Below, in pieces: positions 18,836-27,672 of a DNA stretch of 64,000 nt. The position numbers and the translations under genes are program-made. Within the stretch, counting starts at the first letter, position 1. Every line of letters begins with the position of its first letter. Source of the DNA: an uncultured Elusimicrobia bacterium (lineage in GTDB: Bacteria; Elusimicrobiota; Elusimicrobia; F11); assembly GCA_964405835.1 (NCBI GenBank), contig CAYOPN010000004.1, forward strand, positions 4,082-68,081. Direction: 5' to 3'. A model generated the notes under the pieces. The model did not search any database, was not told the DNA's origin, and saw nothing but the letters and a program-made list of their open reading frames with translations.

Positions 18836-21817
18836 ATGAATTCAATTGCTCGGAGCCTTATCTCCATGAGCTTGGTGGGACATCTCGTCGCGCCGGCGTT
18901 CGCCGTTTCCCAGGATCCCCTTCAACAATTCAAACTCGCCTCCCTCGCCTACGAAAACAAACGCCTCGACAGCGCCTCCCAGGAATACGAGGGGTTCATC
19001 AAACACTTCCCAAACCACCGCCTCGCCGCCCAGGCCCGTCTTGCGCTTGGGGAAATCAAATTTGAACTAAAGAAATATCCCGACGCCGCCGATGAATATA
19101 CGGCGGTGATCAAAAAACATCCCGGAAGTTACGAGGCGATGAACGCGGAGCTGCGCCTTGGACAGTGCGAATACAACATGAAGAAGTACCTGAACGCGAT
19201 CGACCACTTTACGGTCGTAAAAAACAAAGCGCCGAAGGTGCTGCGTTCCGAAGCGCTTTTGGGATGGGCGCTTTCGCTGGTGGCGCTGAACAGCCACGAG
19301 AAAGCGGAGAACATGCTTGTTGAGCTTTTGCAGTCCTATCCGAAATACAAAACCAACGCGGCCGCCGTTGTTCCGCTGGGGCTTCTTTATATGGAGCGCA
19401 ACCGCCTGCAAGATGCGCTGGAAACACTTTCCATGATCAAAGACGACCTGGGAGCCCGTTACTACCACGGCGTGGTGTTGCGCATGATGGACCAGACCAT
19501 CGCGGCATCACAAATGTTCAAAGATGTTTTTCAGGAAGACCCGACCGGCCCCTGGGCAGACAAAGCCCAGCTCCAAATGGCCGAGGCCTATTACAAGGTC
19601 AACGAACTCAATCTCGCCTACGACAGCTTTCGCAAAGTCTATGACAAGTTCCAACTGAGCCCATTGCGCCCGTACGCGCTTCACCGCATGGCCTGCATCC
19701 AATTCCATCTCGGCCGTTACCAGGAAGCCGGCCTCAAATGGGAACAGCTTGTCCGAACCTTTGAAGACGACGTGAACCTGCCTTACGCGATTTACATGAT
19801 GGGAGAGATGGCGCTCCGCCAAGGCGAATACGGCAAGGCCATTTCGTTCTTCAGTCAGATCACGGATGCGCACGAGCTGCGCATGGACGCGCAGTACAAA
19901 ATCACCTGGTGCCTCGCGCAACAGAAACAAGACGACACCGCGGTGGCCCGCGCCGAGAAATTCCTGAAGGAATATCCGTGGGGCGAATTGGCCGCCAAGA
20001 CACACCTGCTCAAAGGCATTTGCTTGCAGCGAATGAAGAAGTACATCGAAGCGAACGCGGAATATCAGATCGTTCTCGACCAATTTGGAAAATCAATCCA
20101 TGCGGAGAAGGCCCTCTATTTGATGGGAACGTCCTATTTCCAAAACAAACAATTGGCGGAAATCGTGACGTCGTTGAACTCCCAGCTGAAATTGGCGCCG
20201 GTGAGCCCGACGCGTTGGCAAGCGGAAAGCTATCTGTGGGTGGCCGAAGCCTATTACGCGCTGGACCAATATGACGCCGCGCAACGGACGTATCAATTGA
20301 TTGTCGACAATTACAAAGACACACCGAAACTGGCGCATGCCATGTTGGGTGTGGCGGCAGCCTTGGCCAAACAGGGCGACTATGACAACGCGGCCGTCGC
20401 GCACGAACGCGCGCTGGGAATGGCGGAAACGCTCAAGAGCAAAGAAGTCAAACGTTCGGTGCTCATGGACACGGCCCAGGTGCTTTTCACGCAGAAGAAA
20501 TACGACAAGGCCATGGGCTACTTCGACGAATTTGTGAACCGCTATCCGGATGATTCGCTGGTCCCCGAAGCGCTCTTTCAGGCCGGTGTTTGTTTCTACC
20601 GTCTTGAGTACTACACCGAAGCGATCACCCGCTGGAACAAAGTGGTCTCCGGTTATCCGACAAACGGTCTGGCTCCAAAGGCCCTGTTCGAAATGGCCAA
20701 GACCCAGTTTGGTCTCGGCAAATACGACGAAGCCGGGAAACAATTTCAATTGCTCATCGACAAATACCCGCAGGCCGACAACGTGAAAGACGCGCGCATC
20801 CAGATTGCGCAGTGTTATTACAACCAGGGCCAATTTGAACTGGCCACCAAACGCTTGCAGGAATTCCTGAACAACTATCCGAAAGACCCGAAGGCCAAAG
20901 ACGTTCTGGAACTGTTGCAGATGGCGCACTATCGCGATGCCAAGGGGAAAGGCGATATGGCGCTTCTGACCGACAAATTCCCGAAGAGCAAACTGACGGC
21001 CGACATTTACTGGCAGTCCGGCGCCGACGCGTTCAACGCCAAGCAATACAAACAGGCGTTGGAATTCTTCCGCAAACTGGTCGGAGATTTCCCTGACGCG
21101 CAGCAGGTGGGACAGGCCTATTACTATATGGCCGAATCGCACTTTGCGCTGGAGGAATACGCGAACGCCGTGACCGCGTACAAAAATTTCGTCCTGAACT
21201 TTCCAGAACACCCGAGCCGCATTCAAGCGCTGTTCCGCCTGGGCGTAAGCCACTTCCAGACGCAGAATTACCGCGAAGCCGTGATCGCGTTTAACGACAC
21301 GCTGGAAGCCGACCCGAACGGCGGCCTGGCGCGCGACGCGCTGGTCAATATTCCGCTCTGCTACAAAAAGATGGGACAGCCGGCGCAGGCCATCTCGGCC
21401 CACGAACGTTTCTTGCAGCGCTACGGCAACGACCCGCAACGCAACAAAGTTTTGTTGGAGATGGGCGCGCTCTACGAAGAAATGAAGAACTACGAAGCGG
21501 CCGTGAAGAGCTTCGAAGCCATTCCAGAGAATTCGGACGAGTCGTTTGACGCGCTGGTCGGCCTCGGCCGCCTCTACCGCCTGATGAAATTGCCCAACCA
21601 GGAACTGCTTGTGTACGAAAAACTTCGCGGTAAGGGGCCGAAATCAAACGAAGTCCGTTTGACCGGCATGGTCACTCTGGCCGAGATGTACCAGGAAATG
21701 GGCAAAGTGGACGATTCCATTTCGGTCTACGAAGACATCGCCGCCAACAGCGCCAATCCGGATTGGAAACAAGCGGCGTTGGACCGCGCAAAAACGCTTC
21801 GATCAGAAGTCAAATAG
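18836..21817 (+). CDS. large tetratricopeptide-repeat protein (YbgF/CpoB-like repeats)
   Basis: It has a signal peptide followed by many A..Y..G.Y..A...F-type TPR units over 993 aa. Confidence 0.85.
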   Translation: MNSIARSLISMSLVGHLVAPAFAVSQDPLQQFKLASLAYENKRLDSASQEYEGFIKHFPNHRLAAQARLALGEIKFELKKYPDAADEYTAVIKKHPGSYEAMNAELRLGQCEYNMKKYLNAIDHFTVVKNKAPKVLRSEALLGWALSLVALNSHEKAENMLVELLQSYPKYKTNAAAVVPLGLLYMERNRLQDALETLSMIKDDLGARYYHGVVLRMMDQTIAASQMFKDVFQEDPTGPWADKAQLQMAEAYYKVNELNLAYDSFRKVYDKFQLSPLRPYALHRMACIQFHLGRYQEAGLKWEQLVRTFEDDVNLPYAIYMMGEMALRQGEYGKAISFFSQITDAHELRMDAQYKITWCLAQQKQDDTAVARAEKFLKEYPWGELAAKTHLLKGICLQRMKKYIEANAEYQIVLDQFGKSIHAEKALYLMGTSYFQNKQLAEIVTSLNSQLKLAPVSPTRWQAESYLWVAEAYYALDQYDAAQRTYQLIVDNYKDTPKLAHAMLGVAAALAKQGDYDNAAVAHERALGMAETLKSKEVKRSVLMDTAQVLFTQKKYDKAMGYFDEFVNRYPDDSLVPEALFQAGVCFYRLEYYTEAITRWNKVVSGYPTNGLAPKALFEMAKTQFGLGKYDEAGKQFQLLIDKYPQADNVKDARIQIAQCYYNQGQFELATKRLQEFLNNYPKDPKAKDVLELLQMAHYRDAKGKGDMALLTDKFPKSKLTADIYWQSGADAFNAKQYKQALEFFRKLVGDFPDAQQVGQAYYYMAESHFALEEYANAVTAYKNFVLNFPEHPSRIQALFRLGVSHFQTQNYREAVIAFNDTLEADPNGGLARDALVNIPLCYKKMGQPAQAISAHERFLQRYGNDPQRNKVLLEMGALYEEMKNYEAAVKSFEAIPENSDESFDALVGLGRLYRLMKLPNQELLVYEKLRGKGPKSNEVRLTGMVTLAEMYQEMGKVDDSISVYEDIAANSANPDWKQAALDRAKTLRSEVK

Positions 21818-21829
21818 GAGGGAAAGATC

Positions 21830-22510
21830 ATGCTAAAGGAACTCGGATTCATAGGAATTTTTAAAGTAAACCCGGCAATCATCAGCACACTGCTGTTTTT
21901 CTCGATACTGCTGATGACGTTCTTGCTTGAACGGTTCTGGTTTTACATGAGCCGCGCGAACTGGTCTGATGAGTTCTGGCAACGGCTCAAAAGCAACGTG
22001 TCCTCGGGCCGCTTGCACGATGCGCGCTCCATATGCGCCGCGAGCCAAAACGTTTACGCCCAGACCTTCTTGACCGCGATCAGCTCGACCCATCTCTCGC
22101 GCGCCGACAACGAAGACATGGTCCAGATAGCAAAAGAAGGCCAGCTTGAACTGTTGAGAAAACGCCTCGGGCTCTTCTCGACACTTTCCTTTATATCTCC
22201 GTTGGTGGGACTCCTCGGGACCGTAACGGGCATTATGCAGGCGTTCAGCGATCTGGGCCGTTCGGGATCGGGCGGCGCCAACATCGTTGCGGCCGGTATT
22301 TCCGAGGCCCTGGTTTCGACCGCGGCGGGCATCGTGGTGGCCGTTCCGGCCGCTATGTTCTTCAACTATTTCACCATCAAGATGCGCGGCATCGGCGTCC
22401 GCATGAACAACACGGCGCACGAACTGATCATCCTAATCTACGGCGGCGAGGAAGTCGGCGACAAACCCGCGCAGCTGAAAGCGAGCGAAATGCGTGCAAA
22501 GCTCCGCTAA
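21830..22510 (+). CDS. exbB: MotA/TolQ/ExbB proton-channel protein
   Basis: Three TM segments and the SPLVGLLGTVTGIMQAF signature. Confidence 0.9.
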   Translation: MLKELGFIGIFKVNPAIISTLLFFSILLMTFLLERFWFYMSRANWSDEFWQRLKSNVSSGRLHDARSICAASQNVYAQTFLTAISSTHLSRADNEDMVQIAKEGQLELLRKRLGLFSTLSFISPLVGLLGTVTGIMQAFSDLGRSGSGGANIVAAGISEALVSTAAGIVVAVPAAMFFNYFTIKMRGIGVRMNNTAHELIILIYGGEEVGDKPAQLKASEMRAKLR

Positions 22511-22922
22511 CCAAGACAGCGAAGCCGAGATCACAGAAGTCAACGTCGTCCCGCTTGCGGACGTTACGTTGGTGCTTCTGATTATGCTCATGTTGCTCTC
22601 GCCGATGGCGATGCAGTCCATGATCCAGGTCCAGGCGGCGCAGGCGGTGGCAACACGCTCCAAGCCGACCATCTCCGAGAAACCAATCTTCGTGGACATT
22701 ACTTCGAAAGGATTTACGGTGAACAGCCAGGTGGTTGGCACCGAATACGAACTCTACCGCGTCATCCAACGCAACGTCGCCGGCAAACGCGACAAGACGG
22801 TACTGATCTCATCTCAACCTGATGTGAAGTACCAGAACGTGGTCCGCGTGTTGGATCTGGTCCGCCAAAGCGGAGCGGTGAGTCTCTCGCTTGTCCCGCG
22901 CAATGACGGGGGGAACCCATGA
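22494..22922 (+). CDS. exbD: ExbD/TolR biopolymer transport protein
   Basis: ITEVNVVPLADVTLVLLIMLMLL is the N-terminal TM signature. The GTG start overlaps the exbB end. Confidence 0.85.
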   Translation: MQSSANQDSEAEITEVNVVPLADVTLVLLIMLMLLSPMAMQSMIQVQAAQAVATRSKPTISEKPIFVDITSKGFTVNSQVVGTEYELYRVIQRNVAGKRDKTVLISSQPDVKYQNVVRVLDLVRQSGAVSLSLVPRNDGGNP

Positions 22923-23353
22923 AAAGGGCCGAAGTGACCGAAGAAGCCATTTCCGGCGTTAACATTGTGCCCGTCATCGACGTGACGCTGGTGCTGCTGG
23001 TGATCCTGCTCTTGATGAGCCCGATTTTGAACTTGCCGAGCATTCCGGTGGAACTACCGGAAGCTATGACCAAAGAAACCAAAGATCAGAACATCTCCGT
23101 AAGTCTCGGCGCCGATGGCGCCATCTCCATCGACACGGACATTGTTGAATGGAAAGACCTGCCGCGCGCGCTGAACGCAAAGCTCCGTGAACGCAAAAAC
23201 GACGTGGTTGTCATCGTCCGCGCCGATAAAAACCTGCCCTATGGAAATGTGGAAAACTTTTTGCGCACCGTTAACAAATTTGTCGGCAACCGCGCGGTCG
23301 CCATCGCAACGATGCAGCGTTCTGCAACATTAACTCCCGGAGACAAAAAATGA
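22919..23353 (+). CDS. exbD: ExbD/TolR biopolymer transport protein (second paralog)
   Basis: ISGVNIVPVIDVTLVLLVILLLM signature and an ATGA overlap. Confidence 0.85.
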   Translation: MKRAEVTEEAISGVNIVPVIDVTLVLLVILLLMSPILNLPSIPVELPEAMTKETKDQNISVSLGADGAISIDTDIVEWKDLPRALNAKLRERKNDVVVIVRADKNLPYGNVENFLRTVNKFVGNRAVAIATMQRSATLTPGDKK

Positions 23354-24666
23354 TCCGTCCAATACCGGCCGGGCCAAGCATTAAACTCGATTTCTCCAGC
23401 CGCGACGTCGCGTGTTTCTTGTTTGCTTTGAGCGTCCATTCGTTGCTCCTATTATGGAAAGGGGGCCTTCTGGTGTTGCCCGACCAAGCGGGCGGCGGAC
23501 TTGGGGACATGCTGGTGAGCGTTGATTTTCGTTCCGATGTGCCGAGCTACGAACCGGCGGGCGGTGGCTCCTCTCCGAAAGCCGAAGGTTTGTTCGCGCG
23601 CATGAAGTCCATCATCAAAGGCCCGGGTGCGGTCGGTAAAAAATCCGAGGATATTGCGATGGGCGCCCAAACCGCTCCGATTGCGCAAACACCTGACAAA
23701 CCGGCCTGGACAAAAACGGACGTGCTCACCAACAAAACATTTGCGGACAAAAAAGGATTTGAGGGAATGGTTAAAAAAGACGCGTTGGACGTGGCCACTG
23801 GCCAGACCCAGAACGTGGTGGTCAAACCCTCTGCCGGAAATTTTGAAGAGGCCCAGCCGAACCTCAAGGAAAACAAATTTAAGATCGCGCGCAAGGACGT
23901 TCCGTTCAAAATTGTCTCGCCCAAATCCGATCAACTCGCGAACGCGAATGCCATTGCCGTAAATGTCGACCAGAAAACCAGCGCCAACGTGCGTTCGTTG
24001 GATGGCGGCCCAGGCGCGGGTCCAGCCCTCCAATCAAAATCTTTTGCATCCAAAGGCGCCTCCACCAGCGGTGGTTTCGGCGGCACACCTTCCGGATTAA
24101 AAAGCGGCTCGGGTGGCGGCCTTGCAATGGGAAGCGCGTCGGTGGGTGCAGCTTCCATGGGAGGTGGTTCGACCGGTGGAACAGGGGGGGGCGGTGGTTC
24201 GGGATATGGATCGGGCGCCGGCACCGGCAGTGGTTCCGGAAGCGGCAACGGTTTTGGCTCAGGGACCGGCGGCGGCCGTTTGTACGGCGGCGGCAGCGGA
24301 TTTGGAAGCGGCGGTGGATCGGGCGGAATGGCGACACTGGCGCGCAATACCGTGTCCGACGTTTCGACTGGCGGAAAATCTGCCTACAATTCGGGATTTA
24401 ACATCACAGGCGCGTTGGCGAACCGTCCCATCATTTCAAAAGTATTGGCGCGTTATGAAATGGACTGCCGCGTGGGACTGCGTTTCCGCGTGGACTGGGC
24501 CGGCCGCGTGATCGACGGCATCATTGTGGAAATTTCATCGGGAAGCCCGACATTCGACCAGAAAGTGGTTGCGGCGCTGCAGCAATGGGTGTTCAGCAAG
24601 CTGCCGGCCGACAAGACGAACGTGATCCAGGAAGGCATGATCACGTTTGTGTTCAAAGGAGTATAG
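23350..24666 (+). CDS. TonB/TolA-like energy transducer with a Gly/Ser-rich linker
   Basis: It has an N-terminal TM helix, a long G/S tract at 24055-24330, and a C-terminal TonB-like fold block LRFRVDWAGRVIDGIIVEISSGSPTFDQKVVAALQQW. It directly follows ExbB and the two ExbD genes. Confidence 0.6.
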   Translation: MIRPIPAGPSIKLDFSSRDVACFLFALSVHSLLLLWKGGLLVLPDQAGGGLGDMLVSVDFRSDVPSYEPAGGGSSPKAEGLFARMKSIIKGPGAVGKKSEDIAMGAQTAPIAQTPDKPAWTKTDVLTNKTFADKKGFEGMVKKDALDVATGQTQNVVVKPSAGNFEEAQPNLKENKFKIARKDVPFKIVSPKSDQLANANAIAVNVDQKTSANVRSLDGGPGAGPALQSKSFASKGASTSGGFGGTPSGLKSGSGGGLAMGSASVGAASMGGGSTGGTGGGGGSGYGSGAGTGSGSGSGNGFGSGTGGGRLYGGGSGFGSGGGSGGMATLARNTVSDVSTGGKSAYNSGFNITGALANRPIISKVLARYEMDCRVGLRFRVDWAGRVIDGIIVEISSGSPTFDQKVVAALQQWVFSKLPADKTNVIQEGMITFVFKGV

Positions 24667-24668
24667 CC

Positions 24669-25562
24669 ATGAAACGCTCAATCATTTTTGCTTGCTGCCT
24701 GGCGCTCGGCCATTCCGGCTGGGTGGGACACTCCGCCGAACAGGAAATGGGCCAACAACCGCTTTCCGAAACGGTCAAAGGCACGGTCAAAGAAACGCTC
24801 GATATCCAAAAACCGGCGCCGTCAATTGAATTGGACGTGAAGGAGATCGTCGAAAGCGGCACCGCGCAGACCGACCGCGTTCTCCAGGAAGCCAAACCGA
24901 TCCCAAGCAAAGAAGATTTTGAGAATTACGGTGTGTTGAATTCCAAACAAGTTATGCGCCCGGCGTTGCCGTTGATTCCCGAGCCGCCATTGGTGACGTT
25001 CTACCCGGGTCTCTCGAAGGTCGTTTCAAAACGGTGGGAGTTTCGCGTGTCGGATGAAAACGGCGAAATGATCAAGCTGATCAAAGGCAAAGGCGTGCCG
25101 CCGCGCAACATCGAATGGAACGGGATCAATGAGCGCGGCCAATACATCACGGTCGGGACGCTTTATTCGTATCAATTTGTGACGTTCGACGAACACGAGA
25201 ACGCTTCCACGTTTCCCGGCGAACCGTTCCAACTCGACGCGCTCATGTACAGACAGAAGGGAAAACTCGTGATCGAATTCGCCAACAAAAAACTTTTCCA
25301 AGACGAACAATCCGCGTTCAAACCCGTCATGAAATCGATGTGGGAACGCGCCATCGATGTGGTGCGGGAGAATTCGAACTCGCCCATCACGATTGAAATG
25401 TACGCGGCCAGCGCCCGCTCGCCGCTTGCCGAGGACCGCCGTTCGGCCGCCGTCAACTCGATTTCCGACGCCACCAACCTGCCTGCCGTGGACATCCGCC
25501 ACAAAGTGGACAAGATCGCCGACCGCGGCGACGTGCTCCGCGTCGTAATGAACACGAAGTAA
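24669..25562 (+). CDS. secreted protein with a FlgD-Ig-like domain and a possibly degenerate OmpA-like C-terminus
   Basis: The ATG at 24669 gives a signal peptide MKRSIIFACCLALGHS. RWEFRVSDENGEMIKLIKGKG...NIEWNGINERGQYITVGTLYSYQF is FlgD_ig-like. ITIEMYAAS...LAEDRRSAAVNSI weakly resembles the OmpA_C pattern. Confidence 0.45.
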   Translation: MKRSIIFACCLALGHSGWVGHSAEQEMGQQPLSETVKGTVKETLDIQKPAPSIELDVKEIVESGTAQTDRVLQEAKPIPSKEDFENYGVLNSKQVMRPALPLIPEPPLVTFYPGLSKVVSKRWEFRVSDENGEMIKLIKGKGVPPRNIEWNGINERGQYITVGTLYSYQFVTFDEHENASTFPGEPFQLDALMYRQKGKLVIEFANKKLFQDEQSAFKPVMKSMWERAIDVVRENSNSPITIEMYAASARSPLAEDRRSAAVNSISDATNLPAVDIRHKVDKIADRGDVLRVVMNTK

Positions 25563-25613
25563 TAACCCTCGCCATCTTTGATTTCCCAATTTGTTCATGC
25601 TATCCTCTTTTAT

Positions 25614-25630
25614 ATGGCATGAATTGCCAT
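25614..25630 (+). promoter_or_regulatory. perfect inverted repeat ATGGCA-N5-TGCCAT, candidate VapB operator overlapping a TATAT -10-like box
   Basis: Read directly from the sequence, 20 nt upstream of the vapB start. TA antitoxins commonly autoregulate through such palindromes. Confidence 0.4.
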
Positions 25631-25649
25631 ACAAGAAGAAGGAGTGAAC

Positions 25650-25847
25650 ATGAAAATCACAACATACATCGATGAAAAGCTGCTAAAAAAAGCCCTGCGC
25701 GCAACGGGGGCCCATTCGCAAAGAGAAGTTATTGAGGATGCCTTGCGCAATCTTCTCTCGGATATTCAGCGGAAACGATTCGTAAAAGAGTTTGATTCAT
25801 TCCGGCTGGATCTCTCCCTAAAAACCTTGCAGCGACAACGAGCGTGA
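25650..25847 (+). CDS. vapB: type II antitoxin, VapB-like
   Basis: MKITTYIDEKLLKKALRATGAHSQREVIEDALRNLL matches the small antitoxin pattern. A GAAGGAG RBS lies 5 nt upstream of the ATG at 25650 (the ORF track starts at the GTG at 25644). The stop overlaps the vapC start (GTGA). Confidence 0.7.
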   Translation: MKITTYIDEKLLKKALRATGAHSQREVIEDALRNLLSDIQRKRFVKEFDSFRLDLSLKTLQRQRA

Positions 25848-26281
25848 GTTTTCTCACGCTCATCGATACGTCCGCCTGGATATTTGCCCTGGGCGATCGC
25901 TCAAACCGCCGCATAAAAGAACGGATTGCTTTTCTTGTCGAGCAAAATCTCGCTTGCATCACCTCCCCTATTGCTTTTGAACTTCTATCGGGTGTCAAAT
26001 CGGACTCTGAAAACCAACGTCTCAAAAGCTACCTTTCAACAATCCATCCATTTCCTTTTATGGTTGAGGAGTGGAGCGATGCTGCCGAATGGGTAACTAC
26101 CATCCGAAAAAAGGGGGTAAAAGTAAAAACCATCGACGCTCTCATTGCGTACAAAGCCGTCAAACATAAACTCACACTGCTGCACGCCGATACCGACTTG
26201 GATCGTCTCGCGAAAAAAACCAATCTGCATGTCGAAAGCTTTGTCGATGCCGCTCGGGAAGGAAGTCGCTCCTCATCATGA
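25844..26281 (+). CDS. vapC: PIN-domain ribonuclease toxin VapC
   Basis: LIDTSAWI gives the N-terminal acidic residue, ELLSG the second, and a third lies in the C-terminal half. The size (145 aa) and pairing with vapB fit. Confidence 0.8.
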   Translation: MSFLTLIDTSAWIFALGDRSNRRIKERIAFLVEQNLACITSPIAFELLSGVKSDSENQRLKSYLSTIHPFPFMVEEWSDAAEWVTTIRKKGVKVKTIDALIAYKAVKHKLTLLHADTDLDRLAKKTNLHVESFVDAAREGSRSSS

Positions 26282-27474
26282 AAAACACTTATCCCTTTGC
26301 CCGTCGGACGCAGCGCATGCGCGCGTCCATCATACGCGAAATTCTGAAAGTCTCGTCGAAACCCGGCATCATTTCGTTCGCAGGAGGATTGCCGGCACCC
26401 GAAACGTTCCCGCTGGATAAATTCGAACAGGCCATGAGCACAGCGTTGCGTCAGGACGGCGCACGGGCGCTCCAATACATGGTCACCGAAGGACTTCGCC
26501 CCTTAAAGGAATATCTCTGCGGCTGGCTCGAAAAACAGGGCATCCACGCCACGCCGGACGCCATGCTCATGACGCACGGCTCTCAACAGGCGCTCGAACT
26601 GCTCGGAAAGATCTACATCAACCCCGGCGATTCCATCCTGGTCGAAGACCCGACCTATCTCGGCGCCATCCAGTCGTTCAACACGTTCGAAACCAAATAC
26701 GTGACCGTGCCCATGGATGAATCCGGAATGCAACCGGAGGCGCTTGAGAAAGCGCTGAAAAAGCATCCGCATGTCCGTTTTATTTACGTGGTGCCCACGT
26801 TCCATAATCCGGCCGGGTCCACCATGTCGCTGGAACGTCGCCAAGCGCTTGTACGCATCGCCCACAAACATGGCGTGCCCATCCTGGAAGATGATCCCTA
26901 TGGTCTCTTGCGTTTCAAAGGAAAGGCGCTGCCGTCGCTCTACGCGCTCGCAAAAGGAAAAGGCGTCATCTACATGTCGACGTTTTCAAAGCTGCTTTCG
27001 CCGGGCATCCGGCTCGGTTTTGTCATCGGGGACAAAGACGTGATCAACCAATTGGTCCTTGCCAAGCAACCCACGGACCTTCAAACCAACTCGCTGATCC
27101 AATACGCGGTGTACCACTATTGCAAAGCGGGGCACCTGGAAACGCATTTACCGGTCATCATCAAAGACTACACGCATCGCGCTCAGGTGATGCTCGATGC
27201 CATCCGTCGTTATTTCCCGCCGGAGGTAAAGTTCATCGAACCCGAAGGCGGGATGTTCGTGTGGTGCACGCTTCCGAAAGGCATCAAATCAGCGGACGTA
27301 TTTAAAAAAGCGCTCAAGAACGGCGTGGCGTTCGTGGACGGAAGCGTTTTCTTCGCGAACGGCGGAGGGGAGAACACGTTGCGGCTTAATTTCACAAACT
27401 CGACCGATGAAATGATCCGCACCGGCATCCAAAAGCTGGGCCAAGTGATCGGGAGTTTTCTAGGTAAGAAGTAA
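26278..27474 (+). CDS. PLP-dependent aminotransferase, class I/II (2-aminoadipate/aromatic aminotransferase-like)
   Basis: Contains IISFAGGLPAPETFP, YVVPTFHNPAG and STFSKLLSPGIRLGF (PLP lysine). Confidence 0.85.
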   Translation: MKNTYPFARRTQRMRASIIREILKVSSKPGIISFAGGLPAPETFPLDKFEQAMSTALRQDGARALQYMVTEGLRPLKEYLCGWLEKQGIHATPDAMLMTHGSQQALELLGKIYINPGDSILVEDPTYLGAIQSFNTFETKYVTVPMDESGMQPEALEKALKKHPHVRFIYVVPTFHNPAGSTMSLERRQALVRIAHKHGVPILEDDPYGLLRFKGKALPSLYALAKGKGVIYMSTFSKLLSPGIRLGFVIGDKDVINQLVLAKQPTDLQTNSLIQYAVYHYCKAGHLETHLPVIIKDYTHRAQVMLDAIRRYFPPEVKFIEPEGGMFVWCTLPKGIKSADVFKKALKNGVAFVDGSVFFANGGGENTLRLNFTNSTDEMIRTGIQKLGQVIGSFLGKK

Positions 27475-27672
27475 GCGGAACTCGCCGGCCGGCGTTTTTT
27501 GGAGCCGGATGCGCGGAACGTCCTCGCCCTGCCGTTTCAAATATTCCAACCGCGGCAACACCACCTGGTCGATAAAATATTCCGGGTCTCGCATGTGCGA
27601 ATCAATTTCGCCTTTCGTCCAATGGTCAAGCAAAAACCGGCGGATGTCTTTCGGACAATCGTTTAATTCCAT
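27460..27672 (-). CDS. small hypothetical protein (70 aa)
   Basis: Internal ATG (MELNDCPKD...) of the 27460..27786 ORF. It is convergent with the aminotransferase. I recognised no family. Confidence 0.25.
   Translation of the reverse strand: MELNDCPKDIRRFLLDHWTKGEIDSHMRDPEYFIDQVVLPRLEYLKRQGEDVPRIRLQKTPAGEFRLLLT

Noticed and set aside
5395-25562. Calling the region a type IX secretion system locus.
   Set aside because: Only PorV/PorQ-like barrels and CTD-like tails are present. I recognised no PorK/L/M/N, SprA/Sov, PorU or PorZ-like gene. The tails fit the generic FlgD-Ig fold equally well, so a T9SS label would be over-annotation.
25613-25630. TGGCATgaattGCCAT as a second sigma-54 promoter.
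   Set aside because: The spacing is wrong: the GC of the putative -12 box is 2 nt too close to the GG. The sequence is better explained as a perfect inverted repeat (operator) in front of vapB.
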